In this document: in pieces, positions 27,367-40,160 of the stretch | How positions within the stretch are numbered: position 1 is the first letter of the stretch | Layout of the letters: each line of letters begins with the position of its first letter | Assembly (NCBI RefSeq): GCF_000315625.1 | Contig: NW_005434612.1 | Coordinates: 1 to 64,000, forward strand | DNA length: 64,000 bases | From: Guillardia theta CCMP2712 | Lineage: Eukaryota; Protista; Cryptophyta | Reading direction: 5' to 3' | Translations under genes and position numbers: made by a program | The notes under the pieces: model-generated | The model's input: the letters and a program-made list of their open reading frames with translations, nothing else | What the model was told of the DNA's origin: nothing | Databases searched by the model: none

Positions 27367-28220
27367 GCTCTGCCAGGATGCTCTGCCAGGATGCTCTGCC
27401 CTGCTCTGCTCTGCTCTGCCATGCCCTGCCATGCCCTGCCCTGCCCTGCCCTGCCCTGCTCTGCTCTGCTGCATTTCACAGATGTTAACTTATAATCGAG
27501 AACGATGAATATTTCTCAGAAAATTCGTTTTCGAGAGAAAGAGAAACTATTCTCTGTCCCTGTTTCTCTGTCCCTTGATATCGAGAAAGAATGTTCAGAG
27601 CAGCATTGATGTCACGAAACACAATGCGAGTTTTGAAACATTATTGGTGGAGTCACATCATTTCAACCCTCGCACCACCCAGCTCCTGAGATGACATACA
27701 CCACCCCTGAAAGTTGGAAAGGAGAGAAACGAGGAAAGTTGAAATGGAGGAGAAGGAAGTAAAAGGAGGAGGAGGAGGAATAGAGGAGGAGAGGAGGAGA
27801 AAAAGGAGGAGGAATAGAGGAGGAGAGGAGGGGGGAAAAGAGAGAAGAAGGAGGAAAAAAAAGAAGGAGGAAGAATGGAGGAGGAGGAAAGAAGGAAAGG
27901 AGGAGGAGGAGGAGGAAAGAAGGAAAGGAGGAGGAGGAGGGGGAGGAGAGAGATGACAGGAGGAGGAGGAGGAGGAGGAGAAGGAGGAGGAGGAGGAGGA
28001 GGAGGAGGAGGAGGAGGAATTGACAAGTATAAAGAAGGAAGGATCTGAGGAGGAGCAGAGGAGGAATGGACAAGAATAAGGAGGAGNNNNNNNNNNNNNN
28101 NNNNNNNNNNNNNNNNNNNNNNNNNNNNNNNNNNNNNNNNNNNNNNNNNNNNNNNNNNNNNNNNNNNNNNNNNNNNNNNNNNNNNNGGGTGGTTGTGGAG
28201 GAGGAGGAGGAGGAAGACTA

Positions 28221-28607
<387 letters not shown>

Positions 28608-28840
28608 TCAGCGTCGATTCTGATTTTCTTTCTCAATTTCCTTTGTCTTTGACATTTGGTCAACTACAGTTGATCAGCAAGTTACGATCTCGGTCAACAA
28701 CAAACAGCAAGCATTCGCCCGCTCCTTCTTCTCTCCGGAGGCTTGTTGAGCAGCCTGTGCCATCGCCCGTCCTGCTTCTCCTTGCCATCGGCAGCGGCGT
28801 TCGAGCTTCGACCAAGACAGGCCTCATCCACCGTAAAGGT

Positions 28841-30959
28841 ATGGCAGCAGCAGCAGATCTGAGAAGTAAAGTACACGGGCAGATGTCAAACGCGGTCAAG
28901 TCAGTTTCTGCTCTCGGGTTTCCATTCAAAACTCCAGACCCATTTCTCTTCTGTGTCTACCACAAGGTGACCTCCTGTTTCCCCATCTTGCTCCCACTGC
29001 CCTTCTCTCCCCCTGCTCCACTCACTCTCTTCCCCTCCTCGCCTCTCACGGGGGGATGGTCTAGGACAACTATCCAGCAGGAGACGAGAAGATGCAGGCG
29101 CCAAGAATGGGCAACGGTGAAGAATGCAATCTCCTGTTCATGATGTTCGTGAGTAAGAGTCGCAGGAGCTGACTTCGACTGGAACCAGCCTTATCGCATG
29201 TCCGACTGTTAGTCTGACCTTGCTTCGGAGGATGATGCTCATTGCAGGTACCACGGAGATCGCATCCCTGGCTTTCCGCAGCATCCTCATCGGTCTCGCT
29301 CCCTTCCTCACCCTCCCCCTCCTCTCCTTCCTCCCCCTCCTCCCCTCCCTCCTCTCCCTCTCCGTCCTCCTCTCCCTGTTCCTCCTCCACCTCACCTCGT
29401 ACCCCAGCGGCTTCGAGACCTTGACGGCAACTCTTGAGGGCCTCGTCGATCACTCAGACTCGTCGGGATGCGCCGGTCGCTACGGTAGGCCCGAGGGTGG
29501 AGGAGGAGGGAGGCTGTGATACCTTGGAGCAGGACAAGGAGATTTGCAGTGGATGACAGCAGGAAGGGGAGTCGTGCATGGAGAAATGTTCCCCCTGGTG
29601 AACAAGGACAAGCCCAACACCCTGAGGTCAAGGAGCAGCAGAGTCGACACCGCCATGGCGCTCGTTGCTCACACTGCCCCAGGCTCTTCCAGATCTGGCT
29701 GAACCTGCCGGCCAAGGACAAGATGGTATGAGGGTGGAGAGGGGGAGCTGGGGTGAGCGAGTGCGCGCAGGTGCCGCCAGCCTTTGTCATGCACTGGGCC
29801 GAGCAAGTCCCAAAGGTTGGGGGGGGGGAGAGAGGGAGGGGGGACGTGACCTTGACGCGCCAAAAGTTGACAAGGGACGGAGTCAATCTTATCGTCTTTG
29901 CTGGAGAGTTCGAGGACAAGAAGTAAGCTGGGGCGAGCTGGCGGTAACAGCCGCTGAGCCTCCTCCCTCCCTCCAGGGGCCTCCCTCCTCCACAACACTC
30001 TTGGGCCTCCAACGCAGCCAACGACGTGACAGTGTGGCTGATCGGTAAGGAGGGAGGGAGAAGGTCAGGTGTCGACTGACTAGCGGAAAGAACTCGAGCC
30101 AGGCTCCTCCTTCGTCATCCCCCCGTCTAAGATCGGTCCCCCGTCCTATCTGTCCCTCAGCTTTCTGATCGTCAAGTCACAGGGTCAGAAGCCAATCGAG
30201 CTCTTTACTTCGTGGAAGGTGAGCGTGAGAAGAAGTGCTGAGAAATTCTCGAGCCCTCGCCCTCCTCGTTGTCTCTTTCCTCGCGACCTCTTCCTCTTCC
30301 TCGCCCTGACCCTCTCGCAGGAACCTCCATAGATGTTTGCGGCAAGTCCGTGACAGCTAAGTCCACAATCATGCTCGATGCATCTAAGGAAGCAAGCTTG
30401 AAGGTAAAGTGATATCCCTTCCCTTCCCCGTTCTCCTTCTCCTCCCCTCCCCCTCCCCCTCCCCCTCCCTCTCCCTCTCCTGCCCTTTCCTCGCTTTCCT
30501 AGCGGCACCGCTGACCTCCAAAAGAACACTGCCAACGCGGGCAAGGCGGAGTTTCTTCTCCTACAGGTTCAGCAGCCTCGTAGCAGCGAGAGCTGACGGG
30601 GCGGCAGGGTCGACCCATCGGAGAGCCTGTGGTGCAGCACGGGCCCTTCGTCATGAACACGCAGGCAGGGGGAGGGAGGGTAGTCGACGGGAGCTGAAAG
30701 AGCAGCAGGCGGAGATCCAGCAAGCCTTCATGGACTACCGCAAGACGGAGTTCGGGGGATGGCCGTGGCCTCAGGTGAGACAGGAGGAGGAGAGGCAGGT
30801 TGGGGTGACGCGTGCTGGGGCAGGACGCCATGGTGTTCCCGCGAGACAAGGTTGGCAGGAATCGAAGGTCGACATGGTTGCTGACCCTCAATACAGGGAA
30901 GGTTCGCGCTCTTCAAGGACAAGGAGGAGACTCCTCCGTCTCAGTGCTCGTCGAGCTAG
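28841..30959 (+). CDS. Pirin-family bicupin protein, many small exons
   Basis: [31 protein letters not shown]...[70 protein letters not shown]. Confidence 0.93.
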
Positions 30960-31041
30960 TCAAACTGCCGAAGCCCTAACGACCTTGGGCCTCTTCCTCT
31001 TCTGATTTACTTTGTGACGGCCAGGCGTGACTGCCTATGCC

Positions 31042-32576
31042 TTAAGCTTTTGCATGAATTTTGTTTTCAAAGCTCCGGCCACCTTGAAGCATCTTCGCCT
31101 GTCAGACATGTCACAACTGACATCTCAAGTCTCCCATCCTCTTCCCCCCTCCTCCTGCTCGCACGCGCTGGCTTACAATGCGAGCGCTCTTGTCCTCGTG
31201 GTCAGCTGCCGGCTGAGTTGCCGTCACCTTCGCCGGTCCTTCGGTCTTGGGCTGCACACGAGCAGCTGCTGGTTGACGAGCAGGTTGACGAGCAGGCAGC
31301 CTGCCACCCTCTCGTCAGGAGCTGAGAAACCAGACGATTGCTCTACAGCACCTGATGCTCTGAGCATCTCGCAGCTTCTGCGACGCATCCTTCACCATGG
31401 GCACGTTGGAGATCTGCTTTCGCACAGTCACTGGCCAATCGCCACTTGCTCCTCGTACCCTGGGCTGCTGCTCCTTCAGCTCCTTCTCAACCTTGGTGAC
31501 TTTCGGGTGCTTCCGCTCCACCACGAGGAGGCTGAGCAAGCAGTGAGTCGATTCGAGTGAGGAGGAAGTGAGCATACGGGGAGGTGCGAACTTCTCTCTC
31601 CTGCTCCACCAGATGATGGAATCTCTCGTCTTTCCTCTTGAGTTGGAGACGCTCAGCATCTAAAATCCCTTGCATTCCTCCTCGAAGAACCACCTGCAAC
31701 AACGCCCGTCAGTCATGCCGGGCAGGAAAGGCGGCGGCTCCCGATCTTGAGCTCACAGCTTCAGCTGACTTCTGGTTGTCGTCCTCCTCCTTCTTGGCGA
31801 TCTGAGATTCCTTCAAGCTCAACTTTCGCTCCACATTATGCTGGAGGGGCCCAGTCAGCCTTCTACAGGTACCACAGCAGCATGCAGACCTCAGGCAGAA
31901 CGGCATCAGCTCTGCGCTCGTCCTCGCTGATCTCCTGCTGCCGCATCGCTGCTCTTGACATATGCTTGCCTTCGACCGCATGCTCGGGCAGCACTCGCTC
32001 TGCGTGTCGCTCGTCGGAGGAGATCTCTTCCTTCCTGATCTCCCTCGCCGACTTATGCGGTCGCTCCTCGACGTGCTCGGGCATGACGTAGGCCACGTCC
32101 TCATCGTTGTCGCTGATCTCGTCCTTGAGCTGATCCGCCAGCTTCTTCACAGGGTGCTGCTTGGCTCGGGTGCCCGCGACGCCCTGCTGTCGCGCGTAGA
32201 TCGCGTTGCTCCTAGACAGCATCTCATGCACGTTTGGCTGGGGGAGAAGGAGGAACGTCAGCCGTTGCTTCACGCCTGCCTGGAAGTCCTACCTGCTTGC
32301 TACTTGCAGAAGCTTGTCCTGCATGCTGTGCGTCGTTGCTGTAAACGAATCAGTTGCGTCGGATGAAAAGCACGGCAAGCACCTCTGAAGAGAGCTGGTA
32401 TGCCCTGAGTGCTGTACGGCAAGGAAGCAGAGCAGAGCCAAACCAGTGGCAGCCGATATTGCGATTCGAAAGTTTCTCCTCTTCCGAGATGATTCAGAGT
32501 TGACGACAACGACAATGGGGCTGAAAGGCGGGATAAGTGACGAACGCAACCTCTTGCTTTTCGTCTCGGCTTTCAT
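31042..32576 (-). CDS. Hypothetical membrane-anchored or secreted protein, multi-exon
   Basis: N-terminal hydrophobic IAISAATGLALLCFLAV; charged exons with the internal repeat EISSDERHAERVLPE / EISEDERRADAVLPE; 3' end approximate. Confidence 0.55.
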
Positions 32577-32784
32577 GAAACATTGCTCTGGTCTCTATCA
32601 ACAACGTCCTCCTCTCCATCTTTTCCCTGCGCCCTGCCTCCTCTCTCCGAGGCTCCTACTTGCCGACCAACTACTGGCAGTCCAACCATCAGCCTATCGA
32701 CTCTTTCCTCTCCCTCCGAGGCTCCGTCTCCTCAAGCCCAATCTACCGTATCCCTCAAGATCTTGGCATGGCAACCCACGAGCC

Positions 32785-33190
32785 TCCTTCCCTTCTCTCC
32801 CTCCTTCCCTCCCGTCCCTTCTCTCCCTCCTTCCCTCCCGTCCCTTCTCTCCCTCCTTCCCTCCCGTCCCTTCTCTCCCTCCTTCCCTCCCGTCCCTTCT
32901 CTCCCTCCTTCCCTCCCGTCCCTTCTCTCCCTCCTTCCCTCCCGTCCCTTCTCTCCCTCCTTCCCTCCCGTCCCTTCTCTCCCTCCTTCCCTCCCGTCTC
33001 TTCTCTCCCTCCTTCCCTCCCGTCTCTTCTCTCTTCCTCGCTCGTCTCTTCTCTCCCTCCTTCCCTCCCGTCTCTTCTCTCTTCCTCGCTCGTCTCTTCT
33101 CTCCCTCCTTCCCTCCCGTCTCTTCTCTCTTCCTCGCTCGTCTCTTCTCTCCCTCCATCCCTCCCGTCTCTTCTCTCTTCCTCGCTCGTC
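32785..33190. repeat. Pyrimidine-rich minisatellite: a 26-bp unit changing into a 48-bp unit
   Basis: ccttctctccctccttccctcccgtc repeated, later extended by tcttctctcttcctcgctcgtc. Confidence 0.9.
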
Positions 33191-33711
33191 CGCCATTGCC
33201 TCTCTCAGGCTTACTCACCTCGGTCTCAGTTCGCCTGCCGCCATCTCGGTTGTGTGTCCGGAAATAGGGCCAGAGGACCCACCCAGGTACCATACTGCTT
33301 TCTGTCCTACCGACCACCGGGTACTCGAGGTCCGTGTCAGGTACTAGTAGTATCTTTTCTGCCAGTAGTGCTTACAAGCCTTATCACTTCAGTGCCCGGC
33401 CCCGGCCCCGGCCCGGCACTCAGTCACTCCGGAGGAGTCCTGCCCAACATCGACACGGATAATCCTCCTCGACTCCCCTGATTGTCCTCGTACTGATTTT
33501 TAACTGCAGTACTAGTACGGTTAGCGGGCTAACTTCAGGCTTCGGTGACAACGAGCCTGAACTTCGGAACCCACCTCAAAGATGAAAAGAGTCGACTCGC
33601 CCCCGTGCTAACAAACACTTTCCTCCTCTGCTCGAAAACTTGAGAGGGCTGACGGAAGTGCTCGGAGGCAGCATGGAGACAAAGCATGCTCAGGATAGGC
33701 GGAATGGATAG

Positions 33712-34534
33712 ATGGAGCAGGTGATAAGAGACGTGCAAGAGAAGTTGCGAGAACATCAACAAGAGTTGCAAGAGGTAAGGCAGTCATCGCTATGAGCGTC
33801 ACAAAAGCTTGAACAGTTGCTGCAAGAAGTCAAAATGATGCGAAAGACCGTGCAAGATAACACGCTAGGCATCATAGGGAAGTTGGATCTGCTGCTACAA
33901 CGAGCTATGCTGCAGCACTCGAGGATGTTCAAGAATTTGAGGGTGACGCCGGTGAGAGCCACGTCAAGACCGAGCGCAACAAAACTGAGGGTGAGGTATC
34001 GCCAGAAGAGCAGTCGGAGCCTCAAGAACAAGACGAGCGATATGACTCCCTGTTCGATGATGTAGGGACTGAAAGTAAAGACGAGGTGTCTGAAAGAGAG
34101 GCTGGTTACAAGAGAAGAAGTCATTATGAGCCTCAGGCAGGTAGTTCATGTCTCCTTTCTTATATGCAGCTGATTCACTCGTTCCTTGCAACAACAGGAG
34201 ATGAAAGAGCTTGTCGTGTCTCCAGCTCATCGAGGATTTTAGCACAGCCGGCAGCAGGGACAGGAGCTGTGGCCACAAGAGTTTGCTCTTTAACATCAAA
34301 GTACATGCAAGATCAGACAAAGGCAGTGAGGTTGAAAGAGGAAAACAGGCATCAGCATACGCTGCGGTTCTGACCTCCGCCATCCCAGAAGAGCACATCA
34401 CCGACTGCGGGAGCAGCAGCGAGGGCCTGGACCCAACGGGAGCGCAAGAGGGAGAAGTGTGGGGCTGGGAGGAGGACGAGTGTCCGCTTGAGGCGGGGTG
34501 GATCGAGTGGTACATGAGGTCGGAAGAGGACTAG
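33712..34534 (+). CDS. Hypothetical coiled-coil protein whose 3' end overlaps a copy of the RWP-RK gene tail
   Basis: MEQVIRDVQEKLREHQQELQE/LLQEVKMMRKTVQDN exons with short introns; 34350-34596 matches 36072-36318. Confidence 0.45.
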
Positions 34535-34782
34535 GAGAGAGAAGGGGTCTGTCATACTTGCTGGTGCTTGGTGCACGTCGGTCGATCATGGTCTACGGGC
34601 TTCTTGTCGGAACCCAGAAGCATGTACAACGCGGCGCTTTCTTCTTCGAATAAAACATCAAACTCGATTAGCTGTGGCAAAAATGAGTGAAGGCTACGCA
34701 TGAAAGCATCCACCCACGTTTGAGGCTAGGCTGTTTTCCAAAGGATTGCTTCGGCTTGATGAGAAACACGAGGGCGGGAGAA

Positions 34783-35015
34783 GAGCGAAACAACTTACTC
34801 TGAGCGAAACAACTTACTCTGAGCGAAACAACTTACTCTGAGCGAAACAACTTACTCTGAGCGAAACAACTTACTCTGAGCGAAACAACTTACTCTGAGC
34901 GAAACAACTTACTCTGAGCGAAACAACTTACTCTGAGCGAAACAACTTACTCTGAGCGAAACAACTTACTCTGAGCGAAACAACTTACTCTGAGCGAAAC
35001 AACTTACTCTGAGCG
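34783..35015. repeat. 19-bp perfect tandem repeat (gagcgaaacaacttactct) x12
   Basis: 228 bp = 12 x 19 identical units, no spacers. Confidence 0.95.
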
Positions 35016-35836
35016 TGGAATGTCAACGATCACAAGCATACCAAAGCCAACTTTTGTAGCAGTAGCAGCAACACCACCACCAGCATCCTCAAATCATAGT
35101 CTGCACTTCCGTGCTCCTCGTGCTGATTCACTTCTCTCAAGGTGCTTAAGGAGTGAAGAGACCTTATTCTTTCCTGCATCAGCTAACCCTCTTATCTTGT
35201 CTTCGTCTCTACCCTCCCCTACAACTCACTGGCATCAGGGATCACAATGGGTGGGTCTCTCTTCAAGTCTACTACAGCTTCGCGTCATCATATGTAGACA
35301 CAGAGGAGGCTGTCTGCTATCAGGCCTGTACTGATCTTTAACTTAACTTTGAGTAAACGAGTACTTGTTCGTCTATCTTCGCAGGCCTTTACTCAAAGTT
35401 AAGTTAAAATCAGTACGAGTTTATCAGTCGCTTGCACCAGGTTTTTAGACGTGACTGGGGGTCTTTTAGTTTGAGGGGTTTAGCTCAATGCATTTGATCC
35501 TGCCGGCACTGATCGCGACTCCTTGGTTGACCGTCGTATCTGGTACAATATTTTACTCAAATGAATGACTGAGATGTACTTCTTTGCGGAGCTATCCGTA
35601 TATGGTACTAGGTACAAGGTGCTAGGAAGACTAGGACCTGATATGATCGGATCGGAATCTGCCCGATTAAACCTCCCTCGCTCCCCTTCATCCCTCCACC
35701 ACTCCAAGACCACTAGCAGTTCCACGCTAGCTCATACTCCTTCACTTCTTCTTCTCCCCCTCCTCCCTCTCCCTCCCCTCTCCCCTCCTCCTCAATCCCT
35801 TACGCGTCCTCTTCTACTCCTTCCCTGCTTGGAATC

Positions 35837-36256
35837 ATGCACAACTCTTCCACTGCGGCAACTCCCAAGAAGAACAGAGCCATCCGTAAGAACTGCATCA
35901 TCATCCATCCCTCCAAGCTCCAGACCCTCTTCTGCTACAAGGAGAGCGAGGCTGCTAAGATGCTCGGTATCTCTCTCACCGCCATGAAGAACGTATGCAG
36001 ACGCGCGGGTATCACGAAATGGCCCTACTCGAGGTCTCGACAAGCGACGACCCCGCCGCCAACCTCCCCGCCATCAGCATACGCTGCGGTTCTGACCTCC
36101 GCCATCCCAGAAGAGCACATCACCGACTGCGGGAGCAGCAGCGAGGGCCTGGACCCAACGGGAGCGCAAGAGGGAGAAGCGTGGGGCTGGGAGGAGGACG
36201 AGTGTCCGCTTGAGGCGGGGTGGATCGAGTGGTACATGAGGTCGGAAGAGGACTAG
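35837..36256 (+). CDS. RWP-RK domain transcription factor (small, intronless)
   Basis: LQTLFCYKESEAAKMLGISLTAMKNVCRRAGITKWPYSR matches the RWP-RK consensus (AAxxLGxxxTxLKxxCRxxGIxRWP). Confidence 0.88.
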   Translation: MHNSSTAATPKKNRAIRKNCIIIHPSKLQTLFCYKESEAAKMLGISLTAMKNVCRRAGITKWPYSRSRQATTPPPTSPPSAYAAVLTSAIPEEHITDCGSSSEGLDPTGAQEGEAWGWEEDECPLEAGWIEWYMRSEED

Positions 36257-36628
36257 GAGAGAGCAAGGGTCTGTCATACTTGCTGGTGCTCGGTGCACGT
36301 CGGTCGATCATGGTCTACAGGGATAGAGTCAAGTAAGGACATAGAGCGTGATGTTTCATTCAAACAAAGATAAAAACAATATCAAGTGATTGAAACCACT
36401 CATTCAAACAAAGACAACCACAATATCAAATGATTCAAAGCACTCTTCAAATGAACATGAAGCTTGATATCCTTTATCATCATGCAATGTACAGGCATCG
36501 ACAAGTGGTGCAGCAGATTCAAGTCAGAAGGTCACGCACAAATTTAGTTTTGACTGGCAGTCCGGCCCGAAAAGTTGCGTTTCGTTCTTTACTACTAGGC
36601 TCAGTGACTCGTATTGACCACTGCGCAA

Positions 36629-37052
36629 TCTCGCTGTCTTTTCTCTTCTCGCCGTTATCCTGATAATCCGCCGATTCAACGGTCCTCGTACGGTACTGAT
36701 TTTTAACTCAACTTTGAGTAAACTGTGTCGGACCGGACCGGACCGTAGAGACCCCAGGCCGCGGCGCGGCGCCTCCGATTGACTGGCAGCCCGGCCCGAA
36801 AAGTTGCGTTTCGGTCTTTACTACTAGGCTACAAACCGTTGAACCAGCATTTGCATCTTGAACAAACAAGAGCGAGCTCTTTCCTCAAAGTTAAGTTAAA
36901 AATCAGTACGAGGAGAATAAGGAGAGTCGAGGAGGCTTGACCCTGACACTGTCGCACAGGCCAAACGGCGTCAAGAAGAGAGAAGACAGCGAGAACCAAA
37001 CTTCCTAATCCTGCCAACAGTGCTGTCCCACAAACTTAACTGATACCTTCAC
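36629..37052. mobile_element. Foldback/MITE-like element with long imperfect inverted arms; dispersed family
   Basis: Nested inverted pairs 36629-36656/36964-36994 and 36693-36720/36884-36909; related pieces at 6508-6550, 10057-10143, 33464-33505 and 35328-35416. Confidence 0.55.
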
Positions 37053-37639
37053 TTAACTGCGCGCAGGACGATTCCCCCGGCCGCCGCCCGCCGCGCCATG
37101 CCAGCCGCGCGACTCGAGTCGCTGTGGCCGCATACCGTACCGGAATGCACCCGCGAACCATACATCATGATCAACTGGAGTCGGCCCGGCGCGGCGCGGC
37201 CCGGGAGACATCCCGGTTTACACCAATTTTTTATCCATCTTTCAGGGGGCAGGCCGCCGCAGCTCCGCCGGATCCGACTGTGAGGCCGGCGGCAGCGGGG
37301 GCCCGGCTCACTGACCCCTCCGTGACTCGCCGAGTAACTCACTGCGGCCCCGCCCGGCGCCCGCCGCGGCGGCGCCGCCGGGCGGGCCGGGCGGGCCGGT
37401 CCGGACTCCGGGACTCGAGAATTCGATAAGATCATTTCGCATTCCCCTACTGGGGGCTGCGAGCCAGGCTGGCGAGCGCGATGAGACCAGGATCCTGATG
37501 AGGAGGACAAGGAGGAGAACAAGAGAGAACAGGGATACGACGATGACACAAGGAACAGGACAGGACAGGACAGGACAGGACAGGACAGGAGAGAAGGAGG
37601 ACAAGGTGGAAGCAACTCTCACTGATCAATGAATGCGCA

Positions 37640-38480
37640 GAATGGTTTAGCACTTGGCAACTTGAAGGAAGAATCAGTGCCGCATGAGCTAGTAGGCACT
37701 TTTTCCCTATCCTTCACCGTCCTTGTCTATAGAAGCTCCAAGAGTTTGATCCACCAACCTTGCTATACAACAGGGCTCACATGAGTTTCGAGGAGAACAT
37801 GTGAGTTTTCATGTATTTCGATGATCAGTATAGCTCGCCCTGACATCAAAATGGAACCCAGGAGGCGATACTTCACTCGGACATTCTTGGTCTTCTTCAA
37901 GATCAGTGAGTTCACCTACAGGCCTCTCTTCCCCTAACGCAAGTGTTTCCCCCCAGTCATGATCTTACAAGTCAACGGCTTGCCGCCTTCCATTCAGTGC
38001 AGCGATTCTGTAGAAGACATGCCGGTATCCGCATCCTCCCCTTCCCCGGCCTTGCTGAGGGTTGTGAAGCTCGCCAGCATCTACGCGAGGCAGTCGGAGA
38101 CTGGGAGGAGCCACCTCAACCTCATCAACCAGCGAGGAAGCGGGTGGAAACGTTACCCTGCCCCCTTAGCTCCCTCACACTTTCTCTTCAGCTACAGTCG
38201 CCCGCAGCACAGCAACACCCTTCGACATCCGTCATGGCATGACTTGAAGTTCATCGCGGAGGTTGAAAGAATTCTGCGTTTCTTGTCAGGGTTCTGACCT
38301 GCTCTTCTCCAAGTCTTACGCCGAACAGTTCGAATTACATCGAGAGCTGGGTGAGAGGCAGGGCAGGATGTGATGAAGATGATTACAACACAGGAGATCC
38401 TTCGAAAGTGAGACGGACCAAGGTTGGGATGGTTGCGAAGAAGGATGTGGATGTCAAGGTTTCTGGTCCCTTCACGTCCA
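37640..38480 (+). CDS. Possible small multi-exon hypothetical gene
   Basis: Regularly spaced short GT...AG segments separate coding-like stretches; frame and strand not secure. Confidence 0.25.
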
Positions 38481-38726
38481 AGATGCAAGGAGGCAATGAA
38501 GGTGACACAGAGAGCTTGTGACTGTTGTTGTTCGTACTGCCTTGGATGTTTTCTTTCCTTCTCCGCCTTTATCCTCCCGATTATTGTTAAGTAATTCCAT
38601 GTTCATGGCTGATAGCATGAAAGATAGCTCCTTGTGCTCTTTTTCTCCTTCCTTCCCCCTCTCCTCCTCCTGACCTTGTTTCATCGTCATGAGCCTTTGT
38701 TTCAGGAAAAGGGGACACCGACGAAC

Positions 38727-40160
38727 ATGCTAACGTCTCAGTCGTGCAGACTCTCGGTGAGGGGGTAGCGAATCTTTCTACGGGATGTGATAATGTCGCA
38801 GGTGCAGAGGAAGCGAACGATGCTGCAGCAGTCGGCTGCCTCGGTCTCCCTTGGATCGCGTCCCCATTCGTCGAGCTGGTGACTTTATCGCTCTTGCCGC
38901 CTCTTCTCACCCGCCGCCCAGTGGCGGAGGGTCTGCAAGAGAAACTCCCCGAGGAACAAGGTGAAGCGGCACCTCCACGACGAAGTCACCTACAGGGAAA
39001 ACACGTTCCCCAAGGTCTCTTCCTCCTCCCCCCCGCCTTGCACTCATTCGCATGCGCAGGCCAAGCGATACTCCTCGGGCGACTGGATCCACATCCTCTT
39101 CACCTGGCCGCGTTCCACTGTCCTCCACAGGATCAGATCTCCAGTACTGGTGACCACCTGCTGGACGTTTCTCCTTGCCCTGCTGGACCTCTGGTCGGAC
39201 AAGGTAGCCAAAGTCAGGATCCTGAAGAACTTTAGCAAGAGTCCTCACTCCATCGTGGGATCCGCAATGTCCCTGCTCCTCGTCTTCCGCACTAACGCGG
39301 CCTACACGAGATTCTGGGAGGGAAGATGCTTGTGGGAGACGCTGACGAACAAGGCGAGGGACCTCACGAGAATGCTGGTGGCATACAGGCCCGTCATAGG
39401 AGAGAAGACGTGTGAGAGGATGGCGGACCTGATCTGTACCTTTCCTGTCGCCCTCAAGCATCACCTTGAGGGTTTCATGGGGCCTGACCAGGAGGAAGAG
39501 CTCGCACGCCTTCTCAACCCCCTCGATCGGCCTGGTGTGCTGCAAGCGGTCAACCGGCCCCTCTACATCGTGCAGGCCATGTCGTCCGTCATCACCAACG
39601 ACGTCCCTTACCAGTCTGACCGCTGGACCTCGAGGGAACGCCTGGCAGTGCTCGGCATGATTAACGAGCTCGGCAAGTGCGTCGGAGGCTGCGAGCGGAT
39701 CGTCCAGACGCCAATCCCGTTGCACTACGCGAGGCACACGGGCAGGTTCATGGGACTCTTCTGCCTCACCCTCCCTCTGGTCTTCATCGGGGAAATGGGC
39801 CTCCTTGCCGTCCCTGCCGTCGCCTGTGTAGTCTGGTGCCTCTACGGAGTTCAGGTCTTCCTCCTCCCGCCTCTCCTTCTCCCTCCTCTCCCTCCCTCCC
39901 TCCTCCTTGCGCTGAGATCATGAGCAGGAGATCGGTCTGCTCATCGAGAACCCCTTCTCTCGCTCCACCGAGGTGATGCCCTTGCTGCTGCCCAGCTCAA
40001 GTTGACGAGGCTACAGGGGACGTGGGCCCTCCCGCTGTCGGTCATCGCAGAATCGATCCGCTGTGACGTGTGGGAAGCGATGGATGCGGCACCGGCGCCG
40101 CTGACGATGCAGAATGAGAGTGACGCAGGGGAGGAGGGGGAGGCGACTGGAGGGAGGTGA
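38727..40160 (+). CDS. Bestrophin-like UPF0187 anion channel (VCCN/BST type)
   Basis: YSSGDW...PRSTVLHRI, PHSIVGSAMSLLLVFRTNAAYTRFWEGRCLW, GGCERIVQTPIPLHYARHTGRF, EIGLLIENPF. Confidence 0.92.

Noticed and set aside
32446-33481. Long Pro/Ser/Leu-rich ORFs in several frames
   Set aside because: Produced by the stop-free 26/48-bp minisatellite.
34783-35015. CRISPR, iteron or telomere array (19-bp repeats)
   Set aside because: Perfect tandem repeat with no spacers; it does not match a telomere motif I recognise and is internal.
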